Source: Octopus bimaculoides
Lineage: Eukaryota
Assembly: GCF_001194135.2 (NCBI RefSeq)
Contig: NC_068981.1
Coordinates: 31,280,183-31,344,182 of the forward strand
DNA: 64,000 nt
Direction: 5' to 3'
Part shown: positions 1 to 12,812 of the stretch, in pieces
Layout: each line of letters opens with the position of its first letter
Position numbering within the stretch: position 1 is the stretch's first letter
The notes under the pieces: model-generated
Database searches by the model: none
Seen by the model: the letters and a program-made list of their open reading frames with translations, nothing else
Told to the model about the DNA's origin: nothing
Position numbers and translations under genes: made by a program

Positions 1-194
1 ATCTCGTAGTGAGTATCTTCGATTAGAGATGAAAGTTATCGGCAAACAAAGCCTCATTTAACTCCTCTCATTTCAACCATGACTCAATTTTGACTGGTAA
101 TGATATGACCATCATATGTTTGTGTGGTGCTTGTTTCAGTCGATAAAATACGGCCACGCTAGAGCAACTACTTGAAGAGCTTTAGTCGAATGAA

Positions 195-324
195 TCGACT
201 TTCGTATTTATATTGTATCGATTTCTTTTCCGGAACAGCTAAGTTACGTGGGCGTAAACACACCAGCACCGGTTATCAAGCGGTGGTGTGGGACAACACA
301 ATCACAAAGACACACAGACACACA

Positions 325-365
<41 letters not shown>

Positions 366-535
366 ACACACACGCACACACAGAAAAAAGACGGGTTCCT
401 TTCAGTGCCCTCTTCGAAATTCTATCAGCGTTGGTCGGCCCAGAGATATATATGGTCGGTCCAGAGGTATATATGGTCGAGCCAGAGATGTATACGTCCA
501 AGATGCCACTCTGTGAAACTGAAACCGGAACAGTT
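195..535 (-). mobile_element. Diverged SINE family A copy with internal (CA)n
   Basis: AAGTTACG...GTAAACACACCAGCA...GTT.TCAAGCG, then (CA)n, then ACGGG..TTTCAGT...TTGGTCGGCCC match the family A body. Confidence 0.7.
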
Positions 536-1051
536 GAATATAGTACTATAGTCATCCATTTAATGAAGTAAAGATACACGCACGCACACACCTACACAAA
601 CACGAACAGAGAGACATATCTGTGATGAGTATAGCTATATGAGATACACGTTCCAACAGCAATTTCCAAAGAAACTTTTATATTGCACATGCATATAATC
701 ATTTATCTTGATTTTGTGAGCTTTCCTTTGTCTGAAAATGGCGTCCATATTCAGGCAATTCTCAGCCCTAAATTCGTCATAGTTGTATATAAGGCTTCAA
801 CAAGTAGTATAGCACTCGATTAACTAAGAGATTAAAGATATTACAATAATAAAAGCCACAAATCTTGTGAAATACAGCTACCCGCGGTTCCCTGGTCGGA
901 ATATGAATTTATTTCACCAATATTCAAGCTGATAAAAAAACAATAATAAAACAAGACGGCTTCACAATCCGTCTTGCTTTTATCAGCTTGAAAAATGGCG
1001 AAATAAATTAATATATCCACCAGCACACCTTAGGCAGCTGTATTTTGCAAC

Positions 1052-1086
<35 letters not shown>

Positions 1087-1659
1087 GATGATGCTGTTGT
1101 TGTTATCATCACACACACACACAGACACACACACACACACATGTATGTGTATGTTTGCAACATCGCTTGCGGCCGTGATACGTCACGTCTGCTGAAACCG
1201 TACACCTGCACTGACCTGTACAGCAGAGCAACGCTTCTAATTTGAACCACATTAAACTAAAATAATGCTGTACATACAAAATCTAACAATGTGGTCGTTA
1301 CGATGTTTGATAACTAGCAGTCAAGTCGCCCTGAAATCATACACTACCGTTTTAAAACTGAAGTACGTACTGTACATTTGTAGTTCGGGGTACTTTATGC
1401 CCGAAAAAATATGATACGGTTACTTTTTGTAATAGGGTTGTTGCTGCTACTGTTGCTGCGGCTACTACTACCGAAGAAAAAACGCTATAAGCAGTTGAAT
1501 ACCATCCATACTGTTTCCTCTCTGCCCTAGCGTTTTGTATTGCATATTTTTTAATGTAATTTATTGGAGAGGCTTTATCGAAGTTCAAATCTTGCTCGAG
1601 TCAAATTTAACTTTTATTCTACGGTGTCGAATATAGCATTTCTCCTTTAGTGTGGCCGA

Positions 1660-1660
<1 letters not shown>

Positions 1661-1692
<32 letters not shown>

Positions 1693-1792
1693 CTTCTTCT
1701 TCTTCTTCTTCTTCTTCTTCTTCTTCTTCTTCTTCTTCTTCTTCTTCTTCTTCTTCTTCTTCTTCTTCTTCTTCTTCTTCTTCTTCTTCTTC
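1661..1792. repeat. Compound microsatellite (TTG)n(TTC)n
   Basis: Read directly; produces the spurious poly-K/N and poly-L/F ORFs. Confidence 0.95.
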
Positions 1793-2100
1793 AATAGTCC
1801 AGCCATGTCACAAACTGTGATACCGATTTCACCTGAGAGTTACGTTAACAATTCTGGGTGTTTGTGAAGTACTTGAAAATTTTAATTTCAGGTGCACAAA
1901 TGTAGTTGATCAGATCAAACAGTCGAATACCTCCATTACAAAAAGATTCCCTCACCTGGTTCCTTTTCTTGGTTTCTTTTTCCTACCACTTTCAGAGTGC
2001 GTCTCATTTCAAACCCAGCAAGGAAAAATTTGTCCTTATTTTTTTGTCCTAGAATTTTTACTATATGAATCTTCACACACACTCTCTCCCTCTCTATTTT

Positions 2101-2637
2101 ACTCTTTTACTCGTTTCAGTCATTTGACTGCGGCCATGCTGGAGCACGGCCTTTATTCGAGCAAATAGACCCCAGGACTTATTCTTTGTAAGCCTAGTAC
2201 TTATTCTATCTGACTCTTTTGCCGAACCGCTAGGTTACGAGGACGTAAACACACCACCATCGGTTGTCAAGCGATGTTGGGGGACAAACACAGACACACA
2301 AACACACACACACACANNNNNNNNNNNNNNNNNNNNNNNNNNNNNNNNNNNNNNNNNNNNNNNNNNNNNNNNNNNNNNNNNNNNNNNNNNNNNNNNNNNN
2401 NNNNNNNNNNNNNNNNNNNNNNNNNNNNNNNNNNNNNNNNNNNNNNNTATATATATGTATGTATACATATATACGATGGGATTCTTTCAGTTTCCGTCTA
2501 CCAAATCCATTCACAAGGCTTTGGTCGCCCCGAGGACATAGTAGAAGACACTAGTCCAAGGTGCCACGCAGTGGGAATGAACCTGGAACCATGTGGTTGG
2601 TAAGCAAGCAAATTACCACACTGCCACTCCTGCGCCT
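2101..2637 (-). mobile_element. tRNA-derived SINE family A copy (internal microsatellite; N-gap inside)
   Basis: Minus-strand head AGGCGCAGGAGTGGCAGTGTGGTAAT...GGTTCCAGGTTCATTCCCACTGCGTGGCACCTTGG (A/B-box-like) and tail GGCCGCAGTCAAATGACTGAAACGAGTAAAAGAGT. Near-identical copies elsewhere in the window. Confidence 0.85.
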
Positions 2638-3471
2638 ACTTTTCTTTCCAAAAGTCAGCTCAAAACATTTTCAAACTGAATGCCACACAGCGAATCCCTT
2701 CTAAAATCAATCTTCACTTGTCTTTACTCCCGCAGAATTAATTAAAAAGAAACAAACTAAAGAAGCCCATTAAGGTACTATCTCCGATTCAGGGTCAAAT
2801 TTTAACTGACATATTTAAAAAGATTACATGTTTTAGTCTTGATCTGTTATTTCTCATATCTTACTTCCTTTCTAGACGTGGGCCACGTGACGTGGTGTTT
2901 CCTGCTGATGGTCCGCTATCATAGAGGACACAATAGCCTTTAGATTAGAAATAGGAATTTTAAACCAAGGAATAAAGAAGGTGCACAGAATATACGCATT
3001 TGTTAATTCTTTTCCTTACACATTATAAAAGACTTATCTACTTTTGAACTAACATCATTCGTCCAACTCTATCAGCTCTTATATTTTCTGATATCTTTTT
3101 CTTTTTCATTTTTTTTTTCAGACATGTCACTTAAAATGGGAATTTTCTTTCACTTTCAAACACCGTACTTCATTCATCTTAACTAACTTTACAAGGTGCT
3201 AATGTATTGCTGAAATTTAATTGATGTGAAATGAAGATAAAATTCAAAGTTAAAAAAACCCAAAAAGCAACAACAAAAACAAATGTATTTTAACAGTGCC
3301 CAATGGCATTTAAGAGCTAGCTTAGCTTCTATGGACATTTTAGTTGTAAAAGTGTGATTTTTGCTGGTATTATAGATATACAGAACTGTCAAGTGTGTTC
3401 AATAGAAAAGTATGCCGCTATTTTATTTACCGCAAAATATAGGAAACAGAAGTGCATATATATATATATAT

Positions 3472-3516
<45 letters not shown>

Positions 3517-4829
3517 TGTATGTATGTGTGTGATACATAAGCACATATGTACACACACGTGTATATCTACACATACACACATATNNNNNNNNNNNNNNNN
3601 NNNNNNNNNNNNNNNNNNNNNNNNNNNNNNNNNNNNNNNNNNNNNNNNNNNNNNNNNNNNNNNNNNNNNNNNNNNNNNNNNNNNNNNNNNNNNNNNNNNN
3701 NNNNNNNNNNNNNNNNNNNNNNNNNNNNNNNNNNNNNNNNNNNNNNNNNNNNNNNNNNNNNNNNNNNNNNNNNNNNNNNNNNNNNNNNNNNNNNNNNNNN
3801 NNNNNNNNNNNNNNNNNNNNNNNNNNNNNNNNNNNNNNNNNNNNNNNNNNNNNNNNNNNNNNNNNNNNNNNNNNNNNNNNNNNNNNNNNNNNAGCCGTCT
3901 CTTCTGAAGATGTTTACATGTAAACAAAAAAAAAAAAAGTGATACTCTGTAAATCTACACAACTGAATTCAATTAGGTTTTACTTCTTCCCCTACCTTCC
4001 CATCCTCCCCTTCCTCCTCCTCCTCCTCCTCCTCCTTTTCCTAATTCTGCCACTCTCGTCTGCCACTCCGTCTCTGCTACCAACCTCACCTACATGAATT
4101 CCCTCACAATCACATTTATTTCCTATCTCCTGTTTCGATTTATTCGTCAATATCTTCGTTCACCAGCATCGCCAGCATCACCAACATCATCACCAGTATC
4201 ACCTACTGGATCAGCGACGTCACCGTTGTGGCTATTGCTTCTAACCTACACTTCCTCCTCTTTAGCATCATCGTCGTCGTCGTCGTCGTCGTTTTCTTCT
4301 TCAATACCGTTATTGTCAAATTTATGAAAGTAGGGTGAATTCAAAAGCATGTGTGATTGTCACTTCTGCCAGGTCTAGCTAACCTATGGCTACATGATCC
4401 TTTCACGCATCTTCAAAACATGCATAGATGCAAACTCAACCTACGAAGTGCAATCGGCATGTTAGATATAGCAAACAGAAGTCCCCTTCAATCATATCGA
4501 ACCTTCACAAAGAAAGACACGTTTTTAGACAATATGATCCGGGATTAGGTTCTCTGAATACAGGGAAAAAAACATAGTGGCCACAGCCGGATTTTGTTTT
4601 GACCATGATTCATTCGGTCAGGGAGAATCTAGGGACGAAGCAACTACATACTGTCAGTTATAGAAGCAGATGATATCTCAAACTCTGCCAGAAGATGCCT
4701 ACAACTTAACCAATGTTACATGAATCCCTCAAATGCTTGGTTCACTCTAAAGATTTCTCAAATCCCTTATGTCTCATATTACTAACAACACCCAGCTTGA
4801 CACCCTGTCTGTGACCACGACTATTGATC

Positions 4830-5123
4830 TAGTCGATTCGATCACCGGAACAGTTTGACCGTGTAATTAACGTGAAAGTGGCTGAGCACTCCACAGACAA
4901 GCTTATCCTTAACGCAATCCTTAGAGAGATTTAGAGTGACACATCGAATGTAACAAGGCTAGCCTATTGAACTACAGGTGCAACTTATTTTTTACCAGCT
5001 GACTGGACCGGAGCAACGAAAAATAAAGTGTCTTGTTCAAGGACTCAAAGCGCTAACGGGAACTGAACTCACGACCTTACGATCGTGAGATGAATACACT
5101 AACCACTAAACCACGAATCTTCA
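4830..5123 (-). mobile_element. tRNA-derived SINE family C copy
   Basis: Reverse-complement head GTGGTTTAGTGGTTAG...GTCGTGAGTTCAGTTCC, then GTCCTTGAACAAGACACTTTATTTTTCGTTGCTCCGGTCCAGTCAGCTG. The same core occurs at 46018, 47825 and 50815. Confidence 0.7.
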
Positions 5124-5924
5124 CACTAACAGCACCAGAAAACAATAAACTCTGATAATTATGAAAATATTATGGAAAATCAACACTTACACATACACAT
5201 AAAAGGAGTTACACTCCGCATAACATTTACAACACATATAAAGATAAATAGTAGAGATAAGGAAATTAACGCATAAACATCGTTAGATTATTGACAGACA
5301 CATCATCAGCCTATAGAGAAAACCAATAACAATCGTTTGGAAAGATAATATTCAGTGTATAATGAATAATATCAAACCTATCTGGAGATCCAAGCTGATG
5401 CTATTGAACCGTAATAAACTACGATGAACACAAAATGGCACACTTCATATCGCATCACATCATCATACACAACTTACACGTAGAGTGTACATATAGACCA
5501 TATATTCAGAGGAACAGATACAAAATACAAGCAAAGGAATTGTTACGAAAACCCTCGCCATACTAGAAATAGCAGCCAAATCTTTGACCTTCATACACAC
5601 CGATTTTGGAAGCAAAATATCCTTCAAACATGCACGTTCATCAACAACGTTACCCTATGAAAAGGGTTATTTTTCCTAATATCTCCAAATATACATAAAG
5701 AGTATAAAATACACGTAGAAGCGTTTGCAACATCAATAGCTTTGCAAATCTCAAACACATGTATACATATTCCAAATACGACTCCGAATGATTTGAAGAA
5801 CTGAAAGGCAGTGTCGTACAAATCACCAATATGTGCAAAGGAACTGCCGTGCAGAAGTAACTCTTTTGTTCTAGCTGCGTTTATCCTCCCTGCATTGACT
5901 GAGGCCAACGCCGAAATCGACAAC

Positions 5925-6150
5925 ACTAGATAAATATAACCCTCTTAAGTACGAAATAGCCTGGCTATGGAAAATGAATGAAGTGAATATAGTACCAATT
6001 ATTGTTGGATCCTTGAGAACAATATCAGACGGCACCAAGGGTAATATAAAGGAAATTGGAATAGAGTGCCCAGTAGAATTGTTACAAAAGTTTTGCCTCA
6101 ATTGGCAAGGCGAAAATAACCAGGGAAGTATTAGGTTGCTGAAAAGAATG
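5925..6150 (+). mobile_element. Second REL-endonuclease (R4/Dong-like) C-terminal fragment
   Basis: LDKYNPLKYEIAWLWKMNEVNIVPIIVGSLRTIS...IGIECPVELLQKFCL matches the REL C-terminal KY..L..EI..LW...V..VPI..G.LG...LLQK..L pattern. Confidence 0.7.
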
Positions 6151-6439
6151 GATAGCAGGGTACCGTAAGCTGCAGGTAGCAAACCCGCTACGCATGTAAG
6201 ACTCCAGGAGCCCTAACAAAATCTGTGATAAAGAGCCTCTTTTTGTGACTGATACTTGTCTGGGGTTGTGACCGTACTGATAAAAATGAGACTGACTACC
6301 ATTTATATACCATATTTAACGTAATTTTAATTAATTACAATTTTAGTTTTGTCTTCCATTTTACGAGAATGTGTCATTTATATAGTGTTCTAACCACAGT
6401 ACGTTTTAATTAATGAAATTTTCTTGGTTTAGACATGTT

Positions 6440-6672
6440 TTTGTGCGGCCCTCGACGAGTTTCTAGGTTACTAATTTCATACTAAGACAGATAATATTTT
6501 AAACTGAGACAAATAAACTTTCATACTAAAACAAATAAAATTAAGAACTGCAAAAAATTCAGTGTAAAGTGGGCAAGTAATATTTCATGCATATGTGTTT
6601 GATCATACGGCCCTCTCTCACTTAGAAATGTTACGATGCGGCCCCCAGTTGAAGAAAAGTCGCCCATTGCTG
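6440..6672. mobile_element. Probable hAT (Charlie-like) non-autonomous element end
   Basis: Three CGGCCC subterminal motifs (about 6446, 6608, 6640), and a terminus GCGGCCCCCAGTTGAAGAAAAGTCGCCCATTGCTG resembling the hAT ...AAAAGTTTGCCCACCCCTG end. The opposite end was not found. Confidence 0.45.
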
Positions 6673-8369
6673 TACATCATCAATTTTAGCAGCGCTTACT
6701 TCGCATAGAAAACAATTCCAACTAGAGAATCGAACATATTAAACAAGAAACAACACATTGGATAATATTGTCTTAAAATATTGTATAAATCACAGGGTGG
6801 TCATGGTTGGGATACATTTGGTCAGAGGTTTGCTGAATCAAGATTGACGAAGAGATAAATCAAACCAATAACAGCAGATAAAGAAATAGAGCTAAATGCG
6901 AATGAAATATTTTATATATATTTTCAGTATGTTTACATCACTTCATGATACTGAATGTTTAATGTGTTTATTCAAAATATAACAGAGCAACGGAAGAGTG
7001 CCTTGGAGTTGTATTTAAGAATAAGTGAGAACTTCTTCAAGGCAAAGCTTATGTGAGATAAGTCGCAAATTAAGAAACGTTGGCTTGGAGACAGAATTAG
7101 TAGACTTACGTAATACGAAAAGATTTTGAATCCTGGGAAACTTGAAGAATTTACATGGTATTTGAATACTATTTGTTCTCCAAACTTTATGACATGGCAG
7201 AAAGAGTAAATCTCCAGATTATGAAATATTTAATGATAAAGTGGTCGTTAGTGAACTTGATAAAATAACCTAAGCAATTTTAATTAATTAAATGAAATAA
7301 AACCTTGTGAGTGAATGCAGTAGACGGAAACTGTGCGTATATACATATTAGATACGTGTGTATTTGTATGTCTTTGTTTGTGTATCTCACACTGCCATCA
7401 CTTGACGACCGGTGTTGCTTTGTTTACACTTCGTATTTTAACGGTTCAGCAAAAGAATCGATAGAATAAGTACCAAATTAAAAAAAAATTGAAGCCAGTT
7501 CTACCGAAACAAGACCATGTGGTGTAAATGAATGTCAAGCCTCTCATCTGCTACTGAAAAAATAACTCAACAATCCTGAGAGGCTAAAGAATGGAATATT
7601 ATTTGTTCTTTTGGTTAAGGCAACACAATAAGAGGTAAGCTCGAAATGTACCGAGATCATGATCTGCATTATACTTCAATGGAAGCGTCAAGATAGTGAA
7701 ATGTTTTATGACGATGGATAACTAGTTAAGGAATCGGTGTTTTATAACATCCTATCAACTAGGTTTTGGGAACAAAATGTCTCGGTTTTAAGGCTGGGTC
7801 CATGTATATCTAAATTAGCTTAATGGTGTTGTTTAACAGTATCCTAAATTTGTTTGAGCAGACCCGTTATAAAAGACACGCCAAACACGGCTTAATTTAT
7901 CTAATGCGCTGGTGTATCTCAAGCAACATGGTTAGAGTATAGAATAAGACAATGTCTGTGTGGTTAAATGGCAACAGATAATTAGATAGACATATATACA
8001 TACATACATACATACATACAAACAGACAGACAGACAGATAGAGAGATAGATATGCAGATCGATAGATACATAGACAGACAGGCAGACAGATGGGTAGATA
8101 GGTAGATAGGTAGATAGGTAGATATATATATATATATATATATANNNNNNNNNNNNNNNNNNNNNNNNNNNNNNNNNNNNNNNNNNNNNNNNNNNNNNNN
8201 NNNNNNNNNNNNNNNNNNNNNNNNNNNNNNNNNNNNNNNNNNNNNNNNNNNNNNNNNNNNNNNNNNNNNNNNNNNNNNNNNNNNNNNNNNNNNNNNNNNN
8301 NNNNNNNNNNNNNNNNNNNNNNNNNNNNNNNNNNNNNNNNNNNNNNNNNNNNNNNNNNNNNNNNNNNNN

Positions 8370-8447
<78 letters not shown>

Positions 8448-8659
8448 AGATATATAGACAGATAGATAGATAGATAGATAGATAGAAAAACATTTCTCAA
8501 TCTGCCCGGCGTCTGTCAATCTGTCTAGTTATAGCTCTCACACTGACATAAGAAAACCTATAACAAATTAAACTTCCTACAATTTATCACATGGTCTTCT
8601 CCTACTAAAGTATTTAGTCCCACACGTAGTATCCTATTCTAGACTAATGCATCCTCTCG

Positions 8660-8960
8660 AGGGCTGTAGCTCTAAATTGACTAATGTTCTGACATGTGCC
8701 AATGCATGCAGTTTGTTTACCTGGTTCAAACAAATCCACTGTGTTGGAAGTATACTCCGTCAGAATGTCTGACTCTAGTCAACCAGAAGTAATCTTCTAA
8801 TATGGACTTGCAAATTGAGAGTGTTGTGTTTGAGCCACTGGAAAAAGATTAAAAGATGAATTGGGCGCAAACTTAAAAGACTGCAGGATCAACCAATATT
8901 GGGGAAAAGATCTTGCCGAACACAAACTGTATTAAATGCAACTGGCACAACGTGCTCCAA
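8660..8960 (+). mobile_element. Decayed RTE-clade LINE C-terminal fragment
   Basis: One frame from about 8756 reads VRMSDSSQPEVIF*YGLAN*...GKRLKDELGANLKDCRINQYWGKDLAEH, resembling RTE VRM.D.R.PK.I.YG.L..G...KR.KD.LK..LK.C.I. Several stops. Confidence 0.55.
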
Positions 8961-9854
8961 ATTATCTGAATTTTTAAAAATCGCTGTCGCATAAGCCACA
9001 AGAAATTCTCTGCGAGAATAGGGATTTCAAGACAGCAGGACCCGTAAACAATCCTCTTCTGTTTTCTTTCTTATTGCCTTTCATTCATTCATTGATTCAT
9101 TTTCTCTTTCTCTTATGTTCAGCAGATACTAGTTTACCGACAAATTTAACGGACAACATGCATACGTATATAAATACACAGAGACACACACACATACACA
9201 CACACACACACACAAACACAAACACATACATACCCAACACATATCCAGAGAGAGAGAGGGATGGGGAGAATTTAAAGCACGTTTTCGGAATTTGGAAAAA
9301 ACCTGTGATATTTAATTATGTCAAACATTATTTACCTATAAATGTAATTATTGAAGGTTTTTCAGTATCATTATCCGTATGATTATATTGTTGTCTATAT
9401 AGATTATGTAATTTCATAATGATTTGTACGTGTGTAAATTTGAACGTGTAATTTATTTATTTAAAAGTGAAACAACCGTAGTCCTACTTTATATATATGT
9501 GCCTGCAAGACCCATTCTATAGAATGAATATTGCATGTAGTTACATAGTAGCATTATCATACATGAATGGACATATCACAATATATAGAACTAAGTAGGT
9601 TAGAAAGAACAAACCTAAGTTACTCCAGAGCAGTATATTTCTTTTTCGAAGAATTGCTCAAACTTCTAAGTGAAAGGATAAACAAGGGAAAAAATATGAA
9701 ATATATGAGCGTTTGGAGGCCTATAATTACAGTATGTATGTATTATAATACATACACATATACATACATACCTGCATACATACATGCATATATAGGTATG
9801 CATGTGTATATATATATGTGTGTATATAAATATATGTATATATATGTTACTCTT

Positions 9855-11182
9855 TACTCTTTTACTTGTTTCAGTCATTTGACTGTGGCCATGCTGGAGC
9901 ACCGCCTTTAGTCGAGCAAATCTCCCCCAGGACTTATTCATTGTAAGCCTAGTACTTATTTTATCGGTCTCTTTTGCCGAACCGCTAAGTTACGGGGACA
10001 TAAACACAACAGCATCGGTTGTCAAGTGATGTTGTGGGGACAAATACAGACACAAAAACATATGCATACATTCATACATATATACATATATACNNNNNNN
10101 NNNNNNNNNNNNNNNNNNNNNNNNNNNNNNNNNNNNNNNNNNNNNNNNNNNNNNNNNNNNNNNNNNNNNNNNNNNNNNNNNNNNNNNNNNNNNNNNNNNN
10201 NNNNNNNNNNNNNNNNNNNNNNNNNNNNNNNNNNNNNNNNNNNNNNNNNNNNNNNNNNNNNNNNNNNNNNNNNNNNNNNNNNNNNNNNNNNNNNNNNNNN
10301 NNNNNNNNNNNNNNNNNNNNNNNNNNNNNNNNNNNNNNNNNNNNNNNNNNNNNNNNNNNNNNNNNNNNNNNNNNNNNNNNNNNNNNNNNNNNNNNNNNNN
10401 NNNNNNNNNNNNNNNNNNNNNNNNNNNNNNNNNNNNNNNNNNNNNNNNNNNNNNNNNNNNNNNNNNNNNNNNNNNNNNNNNNNNNNNNNNNNNNNNNNNN
10501 NNNNNNNNNNNNNNNNNNNNNNNNNNNNNNNNNNNNNNNNNNNNNNNNNNNNNNNNNNNNNNNNNNNNNNNNNNNNNNNNNNNNNNNNNNNNNNNNNNNN
10601 NNNNNNNNNNNNNNNNNNNNNNNNNNNNNNNNNNNNNNNNNNNNNNNNNNNNNNNNNNNNNNNNNNNNNNNNNNNNNNNNNNNNNNNNNNNNNNNNNNNN
10701 NNNNNNNNNNNNNNNNNNNNNNNNNNNNNNNNNNNNNNNNNNNNNNNNNNNNNNNNNNNNNNNNNNNNNNNNNNNNNNNNNNNNNNNNNNNNNNNNNNNN
10801 NNNNNNNNNNNNNNNNNNNNNNNNNNNNNNNNNNNNNNNNNNNNNNNNNNNNNNNNNNNNNNNNNNNNNNNNNNNNNNNNNNNNNNNNNNNNNNNNNNNN
10901 NNNNNNNNNNNNNNNNNNNNNNNNNNNNNNNNNNNNNNNNNNNNNNNNNNNNNNNNNNNNNNNNNNNNNNNNNNNNNNNNNNNNNNNNNNNNNNNNNNNN
11001 NNNNNNNNNNNNNNNNNNNNNNNNNNNNATATATATACGACGGGCTTCTTTCAGTTTCCATCTACCAAATCCGCTCACAAAGATTGGTTGGCCCGAGGCT
11101 ATATTAGAAGACACTTGCCCAAAGTACCATCCTGTGGGACTAAACCCGCGACCGTATGGTTTGTAAGCAAGCTACTTACCAC
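9855..11182 (-). mobile_element. SINE family A copy (large N-gap at the internal microsatellite)
   Basis: Same tail (9855-10035) and head-side sequence (11035-11182) as the 2101-2637 copy. Confidence 0.85.
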
Positions 11183-11538
11183 GCACACATGCGTACACGC
11201 ACCCGCACACACACACACACACGCACACATACACATACACACACACACACACCACACACACATAAACAAAGTGGCTAGTTGTAAAATCTCATGAAGAGAT
11301 CAGAGTGGTATGTCGCCACATCAAAGTGGCTCTTCCATATTAGAACCAGTTTAAACCCAGGCAGATCTTCCACTAGCTGGTTATCGATGCGGCGCTGCAA
11401 CCTTTATATACAAAATATATGTTAGCAGGGGGAGCAAACTCCTTTCATCACCTAACAGACAAGAAGATCGCGACACAAACTCAGTATCGAGCTGGCTGGT
11501 TCATCTTCAGTCGCGAGTACCTGGTCGTGATATACACA

Positions 11539-12793
11539 CAGGGGTTGGACAAAATAAAGTAAACACCTTAAAATTTCAAACAAATTTACTTTAATATGGG
11601 GTAGCACTACTTTTGGGAGTAATTACAACTTGTATTCTACGAGGTATGGACTCGTACAAAGTTTGAACTGTTTCTAAAGGAATTTTTGTCCATTCTTCAA
11701 CTAAAACAGATGGTGGAGGATATCGACTCCTTACTTGTTTTTTCTAAAATGTACCACAAATGTTCAATAATATTGAGATCTGGTGACTGTGGTGGCCAGA
11801 TAAGAAGTTCAACTTCACTTGAATGTTCTTCGTGCCATTCAGTAACAACTTTAGCTGTGTGAATTGGTGCATTATCATCCTGAGAGATTGCGTTTCCCTC
11901 CGGAAACAGTTCCACAACCATAGGATGAATTTGATCAGATAAAATATTTAAATTGTCTTGACTATTAATTCTGCCATGAAAGTAAACCATTGGGCCGGCG
12001 GATTTCCAAGATATAGCCCCCGAAATCATCACAGATCCTCCTCCGTGTTTAACAGTTGGAAAAAGGCAGGCTGGGTCAAATGTTTCTTTTGACCGTCTCC
12101 ACACGTATACTCGGCCGATGGTCGGGAATAAGGTGAAGGATGACTCGTCCGAGAAAATAACATTCTTCCACTGCTCTAGAGACCAATTCCGTAGGTTTTT
12201 AATCCACTCTAAACGCTTTGCAACTTTTGTTATTGAAAGTGGTGGTTTTCTGATTGTAAGCCCTCCCATGAAATCCGGCTTTGTGCAGCTCCCGGCGAAC
12301 AGTTTTTGTGGAAACTGGATTCTCGAGGTGGTCAGTACGCTCTTGTGTAATTTTGGGAGCTGTACTTTTGTGATCCTTTCTAACAATTCGCGTAATAGTC
12401 CGACGATCCCTATCTTAAAGTTTTGGTTTTCTTCGGAGTTTTGTTTCGACGAGGGTCTTTTTACCCTCTTTCTCAAAGATTGTCATTACTTTCGAGATAA
12501 TACTCCTTAATACACCAACCATTTCGGCTGTTTTCGTTACAATAGTGTCTGCCATACGAGCACCAACAATTTGACCTATTTGAAAGTCCGATAGATCTGT
12601 CATTTTAATGAACTTTAATTACCTTTTTCTGATGATATCTGAAAGGAACTGCAATTTTAGCAAAACACATTAAGCAACACTAATAATAAATCAAAAGAAC
12701 ATAAAAAATAAACAAGCTTTTGACGGTTTTATACATATTTCAAAATTATGATGCTATGATGCAAGGTGTTTCTATTATTTTGTCCAACCCTTG
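11539..12793 (-). mobile_element. Tc1-like DNA transposon, full length (about 1.25 kb), transposase disrupted; DD36E spacing
   Basis: TIRs: CAGGGGTTGGACAAAATAAAGTAAACACCTT (11539-11569) vs reverse complement of 12763-12793, CAAGGGTTGGACAAAATAATAGAAACACCTT; TA follows the right end. The transposase runs 12603 (MTDLSDFQIGQIVGARM) to about 11591, with an in-frame stop and frameshifts. Motifs FSDES, KHGGGSVM, QDDNAPIH, WPPQSPDLNIIEHLW are present. Confidence 0.95.
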
Positions 12794-12812
12794 TATATTA
12801 TCGTCTAAAATA

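Noticed and set aside
7060-7210. Protein-like stretch KRWLGDRISRLT*YEKILNPGKLEEFTWYLNT
   Set aside because: Contains a stop and I cannot assign it to any family; possibly decayed mobile DNA.
11697-12476. 259-aa ORF as an intact transposase
   Set aside because: Its N-terminal third is out of frame with the real transposase; the element has a stop and several frameshifts.
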